Notes under the pieces: model-generated
The model's database searches: none
What the model was told of the DNA's origin: nothing
Seen by the model: the letters and a program-made list of their open reading frames with translations, nothing else
Origin: Felis catus
Lineage: Eukaryota
Direction: 5' to 3'
Length of the DNA stretch: 64,000 bases
Assembly: GCF_018350175.1 (NCBI RefSeq)
Contig: NC_058368.1
Location: 56,980,001-57,044,000 of the forward strand
Shown: positions 50,211 through 63,392 of the stretch, one piece after another
Position numbering within the stretch: the first letter of the stretch is position 1
Layout of the letters: every line of letters begins with the position of its first letter
Position numbers and translations under genes: made by a program

Positions 50211-53008
50211 ACATAATTATGTAATGTTTTATCTTTAATCTAGAGTCATGATTGCCTAAGCTGAAAATGACTTTAGAGAAAACTTGAACTAAAATAATGT
50301 TAGAAACGAGGCCATTTGCTTGTTAACTAAGATTTAAGTACTAACTTATATGACAAGCAATGTGCTAAAAACTTTTTGTGTAATATCTTATTTCATGTCC
50401 TTACTATGTCTGTGAAGATGGCATAAATGCTTACTACCTGTGATCTTGGTTAAGACGTTTAACATTAAGCCTCAATCTGCACACAGGATCCTGGGGATAG
50501 TAAATATGGAATACTCATCAATCTCTATGTGAGTAAGGATTGTGTATTCCTAAAAAACTCCATGTTAAGGATGATGTTTGATGCATGGGAGGTACCCCCC
50601 CCCCTTTTTTTGGTGGGGGATTAATGAATCAAAAGTCACACTGCTCTCATGATTTGAAGCAGTTATATCTGACTTCAGAGGCTGGGCTTTGAATCATATT
50701 GCATTCCCTTATTTTTTCTTTTTGTCAAAATGTCTTGCTTTGCTTTTTATTCATTGTGTTGGGTTTTTCAATAGTGCTTCTCCCACCCAAGTCGTTTGTT
50801 TGAAAACTTCATAGAATTAGAATATTTTTCATTGCAAGCAACAGAAACCTAATTAAAATAAACTTAAAAGAGGAATTTCAGGGATATTGGGGTTTAGCAA
50901 TCCAAGGATAGGAGCATGCCGGGACCTCAGGAAAAACTGGAAGCAGAGTCAACACTTTCTGATCCATTCATTTCTACCTCTCTTTGCATTTCTATATTCT
51001 CTCTCTCTCTCTTGTCTGCATTTTGTCATTTTAAGCTTTGCTTCCCAAAGCAGTGTACATTTTCACCACCCAAACTCTGTATGTTGTAGCTTCAGCAATT
51101 ATAAAGAAATGGCGTGTCGTGGTTACATTTCCAAGAAGAACTGAGTGGTTGGGTGAGGTGCCTACCTCTGGGGATACATCAAGAGGAAGGGGACAGTGTC
51201 AACTTGGCTAGACTCTAATTCCCAGTTTTCAATCAAACGCTAATTTAGCTGTTGCTATACGTTGTATGTGTGATTAAAGTTTGCAATTAGTTGACTTTAA
51301 GTAAGGGATATTATTGGGTGGACCTGAGGTAGTTCACTTGCAGGCCATCAGTGATCTCCTCAAGATCTACTCCCATGACCACAATGTGCTTTTAGGCCTA
51401 AAGCCAAACTCCATTTCCAGCAGACCCCAAATGATGCAGTATAAACTATAACCCATGAAGCTCATTGTTATACAGTAAATTTTCCAATTTATACTGACAG
51501 AAATCTGGAAAATACATGTGTGAACAGATTCTAAGGATATTAGATCATGGTGGAGAGAGCAAACAGTTGGATGAGGTTGAATTTTTTGATATGGATTCAC
51601 TGAGCAGAGATGCTGGATTCCATATTTTAGCTTGAGGAATTAGAAAATGGCTCCTGGTCCAAAGGACATACCTATCACTGAAACTGAGAAAAATACTTGT
51701 GAATAGGGTCTTAAAATCCCTGAAAAGCCCTGTGGTTATTCTTGTGTATAAATCATAAATTACAGTGGGAACTGCTCCCATTTAACGGGTTCCTAAAAAC
51801 AATGGAGATAACGTAATCTCAGAATTGTACAAGCCAGATGGTGACATTTAATCAAAAAAGATAAGGTGGATATGTTTAATTTAATAGACAGTGGAGTCAA
51901 AGCAGTGAGAATATCTGATTCATAGAGAGGTATTGCAATGGTTAGTTGAATATGGTGACCTTAAAAGGAAATAAAAGGAAAGGCTGCTAAATGCTTACTT
52001 AAACTACATAAGCAGAAGAGTTTTAGATCAAGTGCACAGAAGTCCATCTTGAATCAGTGAAACACTGAGTCATGGCACCTCAGTCAACTCCCAGACTTGA
52101 GCCAGTTACGGACCTAAAACTCTACTTGAGGAAAGACCCTGCGATATTGCCAAAGTGTTTGTTGTTAATCTTTCTCCAAAAGGACTGACCAGAATGACAG
52201 TACTGGAGAAAGGGAAATGATACTTTTGGCAATTGCTGGACACTGTCTTTGAACTAAAATTAATTCCTGGCAACACACACTGTGTCCATCATTCAGAATA
52301 GGGGCTTACGGAGGTCAGATGATCAATGGAATTTTTAGCTCAGATCCATCTTGGAGTCAGTCCAGTTGTCTACTAAACATGTACTGTGGTTATTTCCTCA
52401 GTTCCAAACTGTATAATTGCAATATAGACATACTCAGTAACTGGCAGAATTTCCATCTTGGTTTCCCAAACTATGGAGTGATATCTGTTATGGTGGGAAA
52501 GACCAAGTGGAAGCTACTAGAAATGCTTTACCTAGGGAAAAAAAGTAGAGCTCCATTCCATGGAATTGCGGGGACTGCCCTCATCAAGGAGTTGAAGGAA
52601 GTGATGTGGAAATTCCTACCATCCCCAATTTACTTATTTGACCAGTGCAGAAAACAGATCTTGGAGAATGACAGTAGGTTATCATAGGCTTAACAAGGTC
52701 ATAGACCCCAGCTGCACCTGCTGTTCCACATGTGGAAGATTTTATTGCTTGAGCAAATCAGCATATCCCTACAACTTGTATACAGCTATCAATCTGGCAA
52801 GTGCTATTTTCTGAATATCTATTAGTGAGGACCACCAAATGTACTGCTTTCAGCTGGTGTAGCAAGCAGTGCCATTACCTTCACTGTCCTTCGCAGGTGT
52901 CTCAACTCTCCAGCCCTAAGTCATAATTTACCTCATGGGTTACCTTGATTGCCTTTCTCTTGCACAAGATATTATGCTGGCCCATTCTATTGATATTCTG
53001 CTGATTGG

Positions 53009-53200
53009 TTTATCTATTTTGAGAGACAGTGCAAGTTGGGGGGAATAGAGAGAGAGGGAGAAAGAGGGGGAACCCCAAGCAGGCTCCGCACTGCCATCGC
53101 AGAGCCCAACGTGGGACTCCAACTCATGACACTGTGAGATCGTGACCAGAGCCAAAACCAAGAGTATAATGCTTAAATGACGGAACCACCCAGGTGTCCC
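53009..53200 (-). mobile_element. CanSINE inside ERV-L RT
   Basis: Antisense copy directly after the decayed YIDD region. Confidence 0.92.
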
Positions 53201-53383
53201 AGTTTATATTTACATATTAAATAATATATCAAGTATAGTGTGTGTCAGACAGTGAGAAATAAATCTAACAAAAATTCGGGGCCCTCTCATCTTAGGTATA
53301 TTTTTAAGGGTCCATTGGTGTGGGAATATTGAAATATCCCTGCCAAGGTGAATAAGTAGCTGCTTCTGGCCTTTCCTACCACA

Positions 53384-53417
<34 letters not shown>

Positions 53418-53462
53418 GCAAAACCTAACAGGCCTCCATGGAATATGGAAGCATATTCAGGG

Positions 53463-53711
53463 TTTTTGTTTGTTTCTTTTCTTTTCTTTTTTTCTTTTTC
53501 TTTTTTCTTTCTTTTTCTTTTTTTTTTTTTTTTTTGAGAGAGAGCCAGCAAGCAAGGAAGAGGCAGTGAGGGAGAGAGAGAAAATACCAAATAAGCTCCA
53601 CACTGTCGGTGCAGAGCCCAATGTGAGGCTTGAACCCACAAACTGTGAGATCATGACCTGAGCCGGAACCAAGAGTCAGATGCCTAACCAACTGAGCCAC
53701 CCAGGTGCCCC
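53463..53711 (-). mobile_element. CanSINE inside ERV-L pol
   Basis: TSD tggaa(g/a)catattc. Confidence 0.95.
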
Positions 53712-54824
53712 TGGAAACATATTCTTAATTTGTCTTATGCTACTTTGAACCATTTGCCAAGTGACCAAAACTGTTCAATATGAGTTAGGCCAAGAATAAG
53801 AGAAGGTTGTGCAACAGGTCTGGACTGCCATGCAAACTTCTCTAACACTTGGACCATATAATCCTGTAAATCCAATGATGCTGGAAGTTTAATGCCAGGC
53901 ATCACTAGGTTAGTTGCAGCATCACCCTGAGATTTTTGGAATGAAGCCTAATAATCCCCTAGAGATAACTACTTTCAATTTGAGAAAGCCCTTTTTACTA
54001 TGGGCCTTAGTAGAAAGTTCTATGTTTATCCATAATTCTCCAAGTTAGCAGGCAACCTGAGATGCCCCCCATGAAATGGTGATTTCAGCAGATTTTACTA
54101 ATCAAATGTATGGGATAACTTCTCAGTGCCCAATGAGCATATGAACAAAGTGATCATTGTGGCAGGTATGGAGATTTTGCATAGATGTTGAAACCATGAA
54201 TCGGGTATTGTCTGAGCCTTCAAGCCATAAATTTGGGCATCCATCGTCCAATGGAAGCAGTATATACAAGATGAGGCTTCTCCAGGCCCCGAAAACATTA
54301 AGTATGTTGTGTAAAGAAGTGGCTCAAATTCCCTCTGGTCTTCATCTTCCATTACCTTCACTTTTGAAGTCTACACCAATATTTATTCTCATGGAAAGTT
54401 TCCTGTGAATAGGAGACTGAAGAAGAAAAATGGTTCTCTTATGGATGGTTCTGCATGACATCCAAGCATCACCTAACATGGATACTTGTAATACTACATT
54501 CTAAACATCCCCAAAAGGACAATAGTGAAAGGAAATCCTTCATGATAGCAGAATTTCTAAGTAATACGCCTGGTTGTTCGTTTTGCCTGTAAAGAGAAAT
54601 GACCAGAGGCACAAGTCTATAGCAGCTCATTGGCTGTGGTTAATAATTTAGCTAAATGGTCAGGATTTAGAAGGAACATGACTGAGAAAACTGGTGACAA
54701 GGAGATTTGGGGAAGAGGCACATGCATAGATTATTATAAATGGTAAAAGGATGTAAAGATACTTGTCTCCTATATGACTGCTCCTGAAATGGTGACCTCA
54801 GTAGATTTTTAAAATCAAGTAGGT

Positions 54825-54986
54825 GGGGTACCTGGGTGGCTCAGTCTGTTTAGCGTTCAACTTTGGCTCAGGTCATGATCTCATGGTTCATGAGTTCAAA
54901 CCCTGTGTCAGGCTCTGTGCTGACAGCTTAGAGCCTGGACCCTGCCTCGAATTCTGTCTCCATCTCTCTCTGCCCCTCCCCACTTG

Positions 54987-55021
<35 letters not shown>

Positions 55022-55065
55022 AAAAATAAATAATAATAAAACATTTAAAAAATTAAAAAATAAAT
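54825..55065 (+). mobile_element. CanSINE inside ERV-L pol
   Basis: TSD aaaatcaagt. Confidence 0.95.
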
Positions 55066-56559
55066 AAAATCAAGTGGATAAAAGTACCCATTCTTTGAAT
55101 ATAAGTCAACCTCTTTCCCTAGACCCCTGTCATTGCCCACTGGGCTCATGAGCCGATTGACCATGGTGGCAGGGATGGAGGTTTCACATAGTCTTAATAA
55201 GAATTATTAACAGAATTATACTCAAGTCGGGTCTGACTACAACTACTGCTGATTGTCTACTGTGCCAGAAGTAGAGAATAAAACTAGGCACACTAGAATA
55301 CATCTGGATCCCCAAGTTGATCAGCCAGCTACCTGATGGTAGACTGATTACTCTGGACAGCTTCCATCACAGAAATAGTACTTTATTCGTACTGGAATAG
55401 ACAGTTACCCTGGATATGATTTACCTGCCCTGAACTCAATACTTCTGTCAAAACTACCACCCATGCACTTTTACCATGCCTTATCCACCTCCAAGATATT
55501 CCACACAGCATCGCTTCTATTCAAGACATTCACTGGACAGAAAATAAAGTGTGGCATGGGCCCATGCTCCTGAAAATCACTGGTCTTATCATGTTTGCAT
55601 CATCCTGAAGTGAATGGTAAAATAGTCTTCTGAAGACTCTGTTATAGTGCCAGATAGGTGGCAATACCTTATAGGACCTATGCAGTGTCCTGCAGGAGTC
55701 TGTATATGATCTAAATTAGCATCTATTATATGTTGCAATTTCTTCCACAGCTAGCATTCATTGATGCAGGAATTGAAGAATGGAAATTGGAGTGATTCAA
55801 TTCTGTATTACACAAACATTTGATGTCCTATTCCCATGACCTTAGGTTTTGTTGGTCTAGAGTCCTTAGTTCCAAAGGAAAAGAAAGAATGTATCCACAA
55901 GGAGATGAAACAATAATATCACTGAACTGGAAGATGAGGTTGCCTCCTGGCCACGTTGGGCTCTGTGTGCCTCTGAATTAGCAGGATAAGGTGAGAATTA
56001 CAATGTTACTGTCTGGGCTGACTGATCCAGATTATCAAGGGGGTAATTGGGTTGTTACTGAATAACAGAAGTGAGGAAGAGTATGTCTGATATACAGAAC
56101 ATTCCCTAGGCTATCTCCTAGTGCTGTCATGTCCTACGATTAAAATCAGGGTTAAAGTACAATTCAGATAGGACTGCTAATGGCCTAGACCCTTGAAGAA
56201 TGGAACTGGAATTAGAGGATAAAGTAGTTATAAATTCCTGCTACAACTATGTGATCAGTTGCAGAAATGAGGATTGTAATAGTTATGTGTATTTTTCTTA
56301 ATACAAATATGTTTATATATATGCACATTTATATACATACACCTGCTAGATATATTTTCTTCTTCCTCTTATCCCCCTGTCATGTAAGAGGTATTTATAA
56401 TAAACTTTATATCACAGTATATAATTTAAAGCATATCAAAGAAGAAAGTGAGCATTACATCAATACTTTGCATTCTCTCCTAGGGAAAGGATTGCCTGTT
56501 TTCAGATTTATGCAAGATACCTGAATTATGTTTTGTAGAAATATGACTTTGTTACTGTC

Positions 56560-56761
56560 TTTTTGAGAGAGAGACAGAGAGAGCATGTGTGCACAAGCAG
56601 AGAAGAGGCAGAGGGGGAATCTTCTCCAGAGAGAGAATCTTAAGCAGGCTCCACACTCACTAAGGAGCCTGATGCAGGGCTCAATCCCATGACTCTGGGA
56701 TCATGACCTGAGCTAAAATCAAGCATTGGACACTCAACTGATTGAGCCACCCAGGCACCCC
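56560..56761 (-). mobile_element. CanSINE inside the ERV-L 3' region
   Basis: Antisense copy. Confidence 0.93.
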
Positions 56762-59472
56762 ATGTTGTCTCTATTTGAGGATTAAGTTTGGTTTCAGGTG
56801 TGTATGTGTGCTAAGTTTACAAGGCATGGACTGTGGCTGTCCATTTTAGGTTTTAACTTGCTAGGCTATTGCCTTCAGTTACTCATTCAAACATTAATCT
56901 AGGTGTTGTGATGGCATTTTGTAAGTATAATTAAATTCCATAGTCAGTTGACTTTAAGTAAGTGAGATTATTCTAATTCATCTGGGTGAGCCTGGTTCAG
57001 TCTTGTTGAAAGACCTTAAGAGTAGTACTGAGGCTTTCTTGAAGAGAAATTCCATGGTGGACAGTAGGTTTAGCTTAAGCCCGAGAGTTCCATCGTGCCC
57101 TTTCCTATAGCCTGCCCTATGGATTTGGGAATTTGTGCCAGCCCTCACAAGCATATGTGTTACATTTTTGAGCATAATCTCTGAAATTGTATGTCCTACT
57201 AGTCTATTTCTCTGATCATACTCTGGCCAAAAGGAGACAAAGTTACATTTCATATAATAGATGCTGCAGTGGGAACCAAGACCTAGAAGGGATCAGGGAG
57301 CAATTTGAGAAGTTCTGTGAAGGGGGTTGGGTGGGGGGTTAGAATGAAGGGGGGTTCAAAAGATGAACCTGGTGAATGGTCTGTATGTTTTTATGACTTT
57401 TGTGCTGAACCTGCAATCAACATTTATGATGCTTTATATTGTGTAGAAAATGTTACATAGAAGGCCTGAGTTTTTCACTATTTGCATGTATCCATCTGTT
57501 TTTTCTCCTACAAGATTCCCAAATAGTCCACATTATTATTTAATTTAGCAGAGTAAGGATACTAGGTGGAGCTTAAAAATCATCCTTTGATTTACCCTTT
57601 CACTCATTCTCATAATCACAGAATTTTTAGTTTTTCAACTGATCAGTTAAAATGCAATTGAAATCTCTGTAAATACCTAAGGACATACTCTAGAGAGTTA
57701 GGTTATTTAAAGAAAAGATATTTAAGTTGTGCCTATATGTCCTTTTAAATCTACACCACCATCTGTATTTTTTTACACTGGGCATTCCAATAGACATTGT
57801 AACCATTCATCCATTACTTTCTAAGGTTTTTATTCTTCATGTATGCCTTTTTTCTTTTTTCTTTACACTTGCAGGAGTAAAATTGTTGCTGAATTATCCA
57901 TTAATTTTTCTTAGCAATTGTACTTCCTTAAAAAACAACAACAACAATCCTTTGCTAGCTCAAGGCAAAACACAGAGATTGCCATTTTTTTCAAAGCTCC
58001 ATTACATAATGAATACAGAAAGAAAATTAGGCTTAAAGAAAATTAAAGCAGTATCAAAACAAAGTCTTTGGCAAAAATATTTCTGCAGAAAGTTAATGTG
58101 TTCTTCTGAAATGCAAAATGAGTTTGCTATAGTGATGAAGCTCTTCCTCGCAATTAAACATCAACAAAACAATTAGAATGCATTACTTGTGTTTTAAATA
58201 TATATCTCTAGGAAGATGACTGGGAAAGACAATGAGGTAAGAAAGGAGGCTGACAGGAAGGGGTGAAATCGAAAAGGAAGAGGAAACCTTTAATTCCTTC
58301 CACTTTCTGGCTCCTATTTTATAAGATATGGGGGGAAAAAAAGTTCTTGAAATAGTAATATTCAATCTGTGGCAACTCAATGCATAATTCAGTCCATCTC
58401 ACAATAGACTATCAGATTCACAGGAATCATTTTGAATGTTATCTTCTCAAATAGCAATTTTGCCTTTTGGAAAGCTAATTTCACATAGACTAGGATGCTT
58501 TTGCAGGCTGTCAACAATCACAGCAGACAACAAAAGACAAAAAAGAGAGAGTGAGAGGTGGGGGAAGGGAGAGACAAGATAAGAAAGGAAGATAGTTAAT
58601 TTACAGAGCAGAGGCATTTAGGCCAGTTACTCTGACTTTAATCCATATTTTTTCTCCTTACATACGTTCCATTAACTTGATATACAGTTATGCCTCTCTC
58701 ATTTGTGGCTTTTAAAAGATTCATGTAAAGCATTTTGAAGTTTATATTTAGATACATAGCAATATTCATACTTTCACATCAATATCTTTCTGGTAAGAGG
58801 AACCTAAAAAATATTAGACTTTGAAAAATAAATGACCATGAAACCAGCTATTACTATAGACTTATTTTTATAGAAGAAAATTAGTAGAAAAATGGTTAGA
58901 AATCAGGGAACAACAGACAAGTAAGCCAAAAGAAAGGATATGAATAAAGTAAAAGAGAAGTACAGCCTTCTCTTGTGAATTGTAGTAATTCAGTGGCATG
59001 GTATGCTCTTACTAAAGTGATTACTGTAAACACTGCAGGAAAATGTCCATGGTAAGGTGAGTGAATCAATCAGTAGACAAATAAACCTCCACTGTAATTA
59101 TTAAAAAAGTCATATGCAGGTGGGAATGACTCTAAGCAGCCATGAAGAACTTAAAACAACTGTTGTGTTTGAAAGTGGAATGGTGGGCGACATTTCAAAA
59201 AGTGTATTTTATTAACACATGGAAACAAAAAGGAAGTTTTAACCCATGTGGGTTTTTCAAATTTTTATTTTCTGAAAAGATAATTGGCACTGGCTTGGGA
59301 TATTAAGTTTCCAGATCTCTCTCTTCTAGGCTGTACTTCTCTTTTACTTTATTCATATCCTTTCTTTTGGCTTACTTGTCTGTTGTTACTATTTTGATGT
59401 TTGATTATATTTATTCTCACACCCTGATCCATTACTTCTCCCAACTCTCATTTTAAAGCATATGTGTCTTTA

Positions 59473-59687
59473 GGGGTGCCCGGGTGGCTCAGTCAGTTGA
59501 GCATCTGACTTTTGATTTTGGCTTAGGTCATGATCCCAGTTAGGATTGAGCTCTGTGTCAGGCCCTGTGCTGAGCGTGGAGCCTGCTTAGGATTCTCTCT
59601 CTCTTTCCCTCTCTCTCTGTCTGTGCCCCCAACTCACACACACACTCTCTCTCTCTTTCTCAGAATAAAAATTAAAATAAAGAAAAA
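59473..59687 (+). mobile_element. CanSINE
   Basis: Head, CT/CA tract, tail; TSD-like tatgtgtcttta/tgtatatcttta. Confidence 0.93.
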
Positions 59688-59929
59688 TGTATATCTTTAG
59701 GTCCAGAAAACTGTCAGGGAGGGAAGAAAAAGGACTGAAAGAAGGCTGCTTTGTGCTCTTGAAAGCACAAAATTACATTGAGATGGACCCAGTCCCTTTC
59801 CAAAATAAGGTTTTGGTCAAGTAGGGTGAGATAGACCTAAATAACAATCATACACATACTTAGAGTAGAGACGTACGAAGAAAAACTAGGATACAGGGAG
59901 TGCATACCACATGCACACACACACAGACA

Positions 59930-60530
59930 CCAGAGGAACGTAGTCTGAGTTTGGATTCAGAGGAATGCATCCACAAATAGCTGATACTTAAGATAACTTA
60001 TAAAAGATATATAGAAATCATCCCGGATGAAAACAAGGAAGTGACTGTTAAAGGCTAAAAGAAAGTTCTTTTGTGGCAGAGATATAAAAAGAGAAGAAAT
60101 GAGGTCCCTAGTAGCTTGCAAAGTAGGAGAAACTCCAGTACTGTGATTGTGGTTCAGGGCTTAGGAGTAAAGGAAAGTGTAGCATTCTTAGATGAGACGT
60201 TTAGGCATGATTTTTTATACCATGGTAAGAATTTAGGAGATTTCATTTAAAAGCAAGGAAGGCCACTGAAATATTTTATGCAAGAAAACAAGAGATAAAA
60301 CTTACATTTTGAAAGGATTGTCTGGATGCTTTGTGGAGAATCATCTGGAAGCAAGAAGCAAGAGTGAATGTTCATAACTAGAAAGCTATTGCAGGAAACA
60401 AAGCAAGAAATCTTAGTGGCTTAGACCAGCTGCTGCCATGAAGCTAGACAAGTTTTGTACTGAAGAAATATTTTTGAGATAGAATTCACTTGGGTTTGGT
60501 GACTGATAAGTTTGGGTCAAGACAGAAATT
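59930..60530 (-). mobile_element. L2 fragment
   Basis: ggaaggccactgaaatatttt...aaaggattgtctggatgctttgtggagaat...aaagctattgcagg...agtggcttagaccag. Confidence 0.7.
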
Positions 60531-62244
60531 TGAACATTTAAAGTTTTGGTTAATACGAATCATGGGAGGAGACTGGGATAAGTGGCAAAAATCTAGAAAT
60601 AATTTTCTTAAAGGCATTCATGAAGAAGGGGGTTATCATTGCGTGTATCCTAGGTACTTCTGCCTACTTCCTTCTGAAAAGATGTCCCCAAACTAACTTA
60701 AAGAGTACTATCAAGTGTGGTTTTACTTTCTGTCCTGCATTTGTAGAGACCAACTGTCCCAAAACAGTGGGTGTCTTCACTGCCTCCTCTTGCCATGGGG
60801 ACGCCTCATAAAAGTCTCCTCATGGGGATGGATGGTCCTTATTTCTGTGGAGACAGAAAGGGAGTAGGGTGCATCAAGCCTCCATTCCCTCTGTTATTCT
60901 GTTCCAGTTAGACTTCGTGAGAATAGTATTCTAGAATGAAAAGTTCTGTTTGGAAGGCTCTGGGAAATCTCAAAATGGAGTTAAAACCAAGAAAGTACTA
61001 AGATTCAAGTTCCAGTTAACTTGGACTTTGACTTGCACAGCACAGGAGAAACCTCCCAAACTTCAGCTTCAGGATGGTATATGACACCAGGGAGGCTTTC
61101 TTCACAGAACAGACTCTCCTGGTTTCATATCCATTCTTACCTGCACTTTCTCCTCCTCATCTTCCAGTTCTGTGACCTCTGTCCCTCCCTCAATCATAGG
61201 ACCTCTTTTGTGCTTCCATCTATCCCTTCCTTCAGGCTTCAGATTGGGCTTAGGTTTCAGTCCATGTTAAAATCCAGCAAAACTCCCTTTCTAGCTTTTC
61301 TCCCTACATGACAAGAAGTCATGACCTGTTATTTCTCTTACTACAACTCCTACTTGGAAGCATAACCTTAAAAATTAGCAATTCTCCTTAGAGAAAATGC
61401 ATGCTACACCATTCTAAATAAAGAATTGTTTTCCCAATTAACATTACCTAGGCTTCTTCCTTTTAAAATTTATTTACTGTCATTTAGTGTTGAGGAGGAT
61501 TGTGTTGTTTTCTGTCACTTTGGAGTATAAAGACACAAATAATTGAAAACATTTAATGACTGCTTTTTGTTCTTGGGGTCCCATCACTTTATGTGTTTAT
61601 ATTTACATTTTATTTGAAGATTTCCTTAGAAATAAAGAAGACTAGCAAATATTTAATCAGCTGAGTTCTTGACAGTCTTGGATACTATATCAAATATTGT
61701 GAAGAATAAAATGTTTTCATTGAATGGAAAATCCTGCTAGACTGACCTGGAGTTATCTGGTGCCATGGTGGGCTAGATGGTAGACTGGAGGGCACTGAGA
61801 GTTAATGAGAGATGAGGAGATGGAAACAGGAATTGTAGTCAGCACATATCATATGTGACTATGAAGAAGAGGAAAGAACAGTTATTGAATCATAAAATCT
61901 CAACTTTTAATTTTAAGGTAGAAGTCACTAGATAATATAAGAAACATATGAATAAAATTCAAAGGGGTAAATAAGGACCCACAAACAGAAGATATAAGAC
62001 CAGAAAAACTAGAACTAAAAGGGTTCAGAGAGAGGCTGACATTTATAGCAAAAATGAAGACTGCCTTTATTAGAGGAGGAACACAGTCTTGACCAAAGCA
62101 CGTATGAAATTACAGATGGTAGGTCTGCAGAAGTAGGTTTGGATCATTGTGCCAGGAATTGGAATTTTTTTGTTTTATGAACTTTTTTAGTGAAAGATGA
62201 TACAATGTAGATGCTCAGAATGCATAAAATGTTACTTTATTAAA

Positions 62245-62431
62245 TTTTTTTAATGTTTATTTATTTTTGAGGGGTGGGGAGGGGCAGAGAGAGAGGGAGA
62301 TACAGAATCCAAAGCAGGCTTCAGGCTCTGAGTATTAGCAGAGTCTGATGCAGGGCTCGAGCTCACCAATAGCAAGATCATGACCTAAGCCAAAGTTGGA
62401 CAATTAACCCAATGAGCCACCCAGATACCCC
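62245..62431 (-). mobile_element. CanSINE
   Basis: Antisense copy. Confidence 0.93.
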
Positions 62432-62494
62432 TAAAATTTTTAAATGTTGTTACAGATATGTTCAAGAAAACTGATTAGAAAATATATTAGAACA

Positions 62495-62856
62495 TTACAA
62501 TGAACTGTTTATGCCCATCACCCCAAATTCATAAATTGAAACTTGATGCCCAATGTGGTGGGTTTAGGAGGTGGGGCTTATGGAAAGCAATTAGGTCATG
62601 AAAGCAAGGCCCTCATGAATGAAATTAGTGCCTTTCTAGAAGAGACTCTAGAAGACTTTTTTGCTCCTTCTGCCATGTGAGCTTATGGTGAAAATATAGC
62701 TATCTATGAAGAAACTGGCTCTCAGCAGACATTGAACCTGCAGGTGCCATGATATTGGACTTCCCAGCCTCCAGAACTGTAAGAAATATACATTTGCTAT
62801 TTTTAAGCTATCTAGCTTATAACATTTTTTGTTATAGCAGACCAAACAGACTGATA
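62495..62856 (+). mobile_element. MLT1A0-like solo LTR
   Basis: ccccaaattcata...aggtggggct...attaggtcatga...gccctcatgaatgaaattagtgcc...tggacttcccagcctccagaactgtaagaaata. Confidence 0.88.
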
Positions 62857-63149
62857 GATATGAAGGGATTACTGAAAGCCAAGTTGAAAGTGATGACCCC
62901 AAATTTTCAGGTTTAATAGGGCATCTGCCTATTTGTGTGAGAGTCTACAGCAGCCCACAACTACTAGAAGAGAGCAAAGTATATTAACTGTTAATGCTAC
63001 CGCAGGAGTGAGTTTGAGTTGTGCCAACAACTAAAGACACATTTTTCTTTAATACATTTTCCCATATTCTAACACATTTATATTATACAATATACTAATA
63101 TTACATATTATGACCTTATAAAACAAGGCAAAATCTGCTGGTCAAACAT

Positions 63150-63392
63150 CTGAGACTTAACACTGATAGCATCCTTTTTGCCACCTTTTCATGACTAAGT
63201 GTCTACCTTTATGATTTCTCAGCATATGCTTTGCATACTTTTATTATAGGACTCACCATAACATTATGATCTTTTTTTGTTTGCTTCACTTCCTATTAAA
63301 CAGTACATTTCTTAATGTCAAGAACCTCTTCTTCCTATTTCTTAATCTTAGTAAGTTTTCAAGAAATGCTTGGTCAACAGAAATGAATGAAT
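63150..63392 (+). mobile_element. L2 3' fragment
   Basis: Ends ...caagaaatgcttggtcaacagaaatgaatgaa. Confidence 0.45.

Larger units (their letters stand above)
51197..57230 (+). mobile_element. Decayed near full-length ERV-L provirus with MLT2-type LTRs
   Basis: Partial 5' LTR 51197-~51345 matches the 3' LTR 56832-~57230 (shared agttgactttaagtaag). gag-like at ~51545; protease LLDT...LIPG, GAYGGQMING; RT GKTKWKLLE, WRMTVGYHRLNKV, AINLASAIF, HSIDILLIG; IN WAHE..HGGRDGG, CLLCQ, TGIDSYPGY, IPHSIAS; dUTPase LNWKMRLPPGHVG, DPDYQG; many stops and frameshifts. Confidence 0.92.

Noticed and set aside
52319..52687. 122-aa ORF with ERV-L-like words as a co-opted retroviral gene
   Set aside because: It drifts between frames of a frameshifted pro/pol, and the catalytic motifs are destroyed.
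57727..58176. 149-aa hydrophobic ORF
   Set aside because: Non-ATG start, composition reflects T-rich DNA, no recognisable family.
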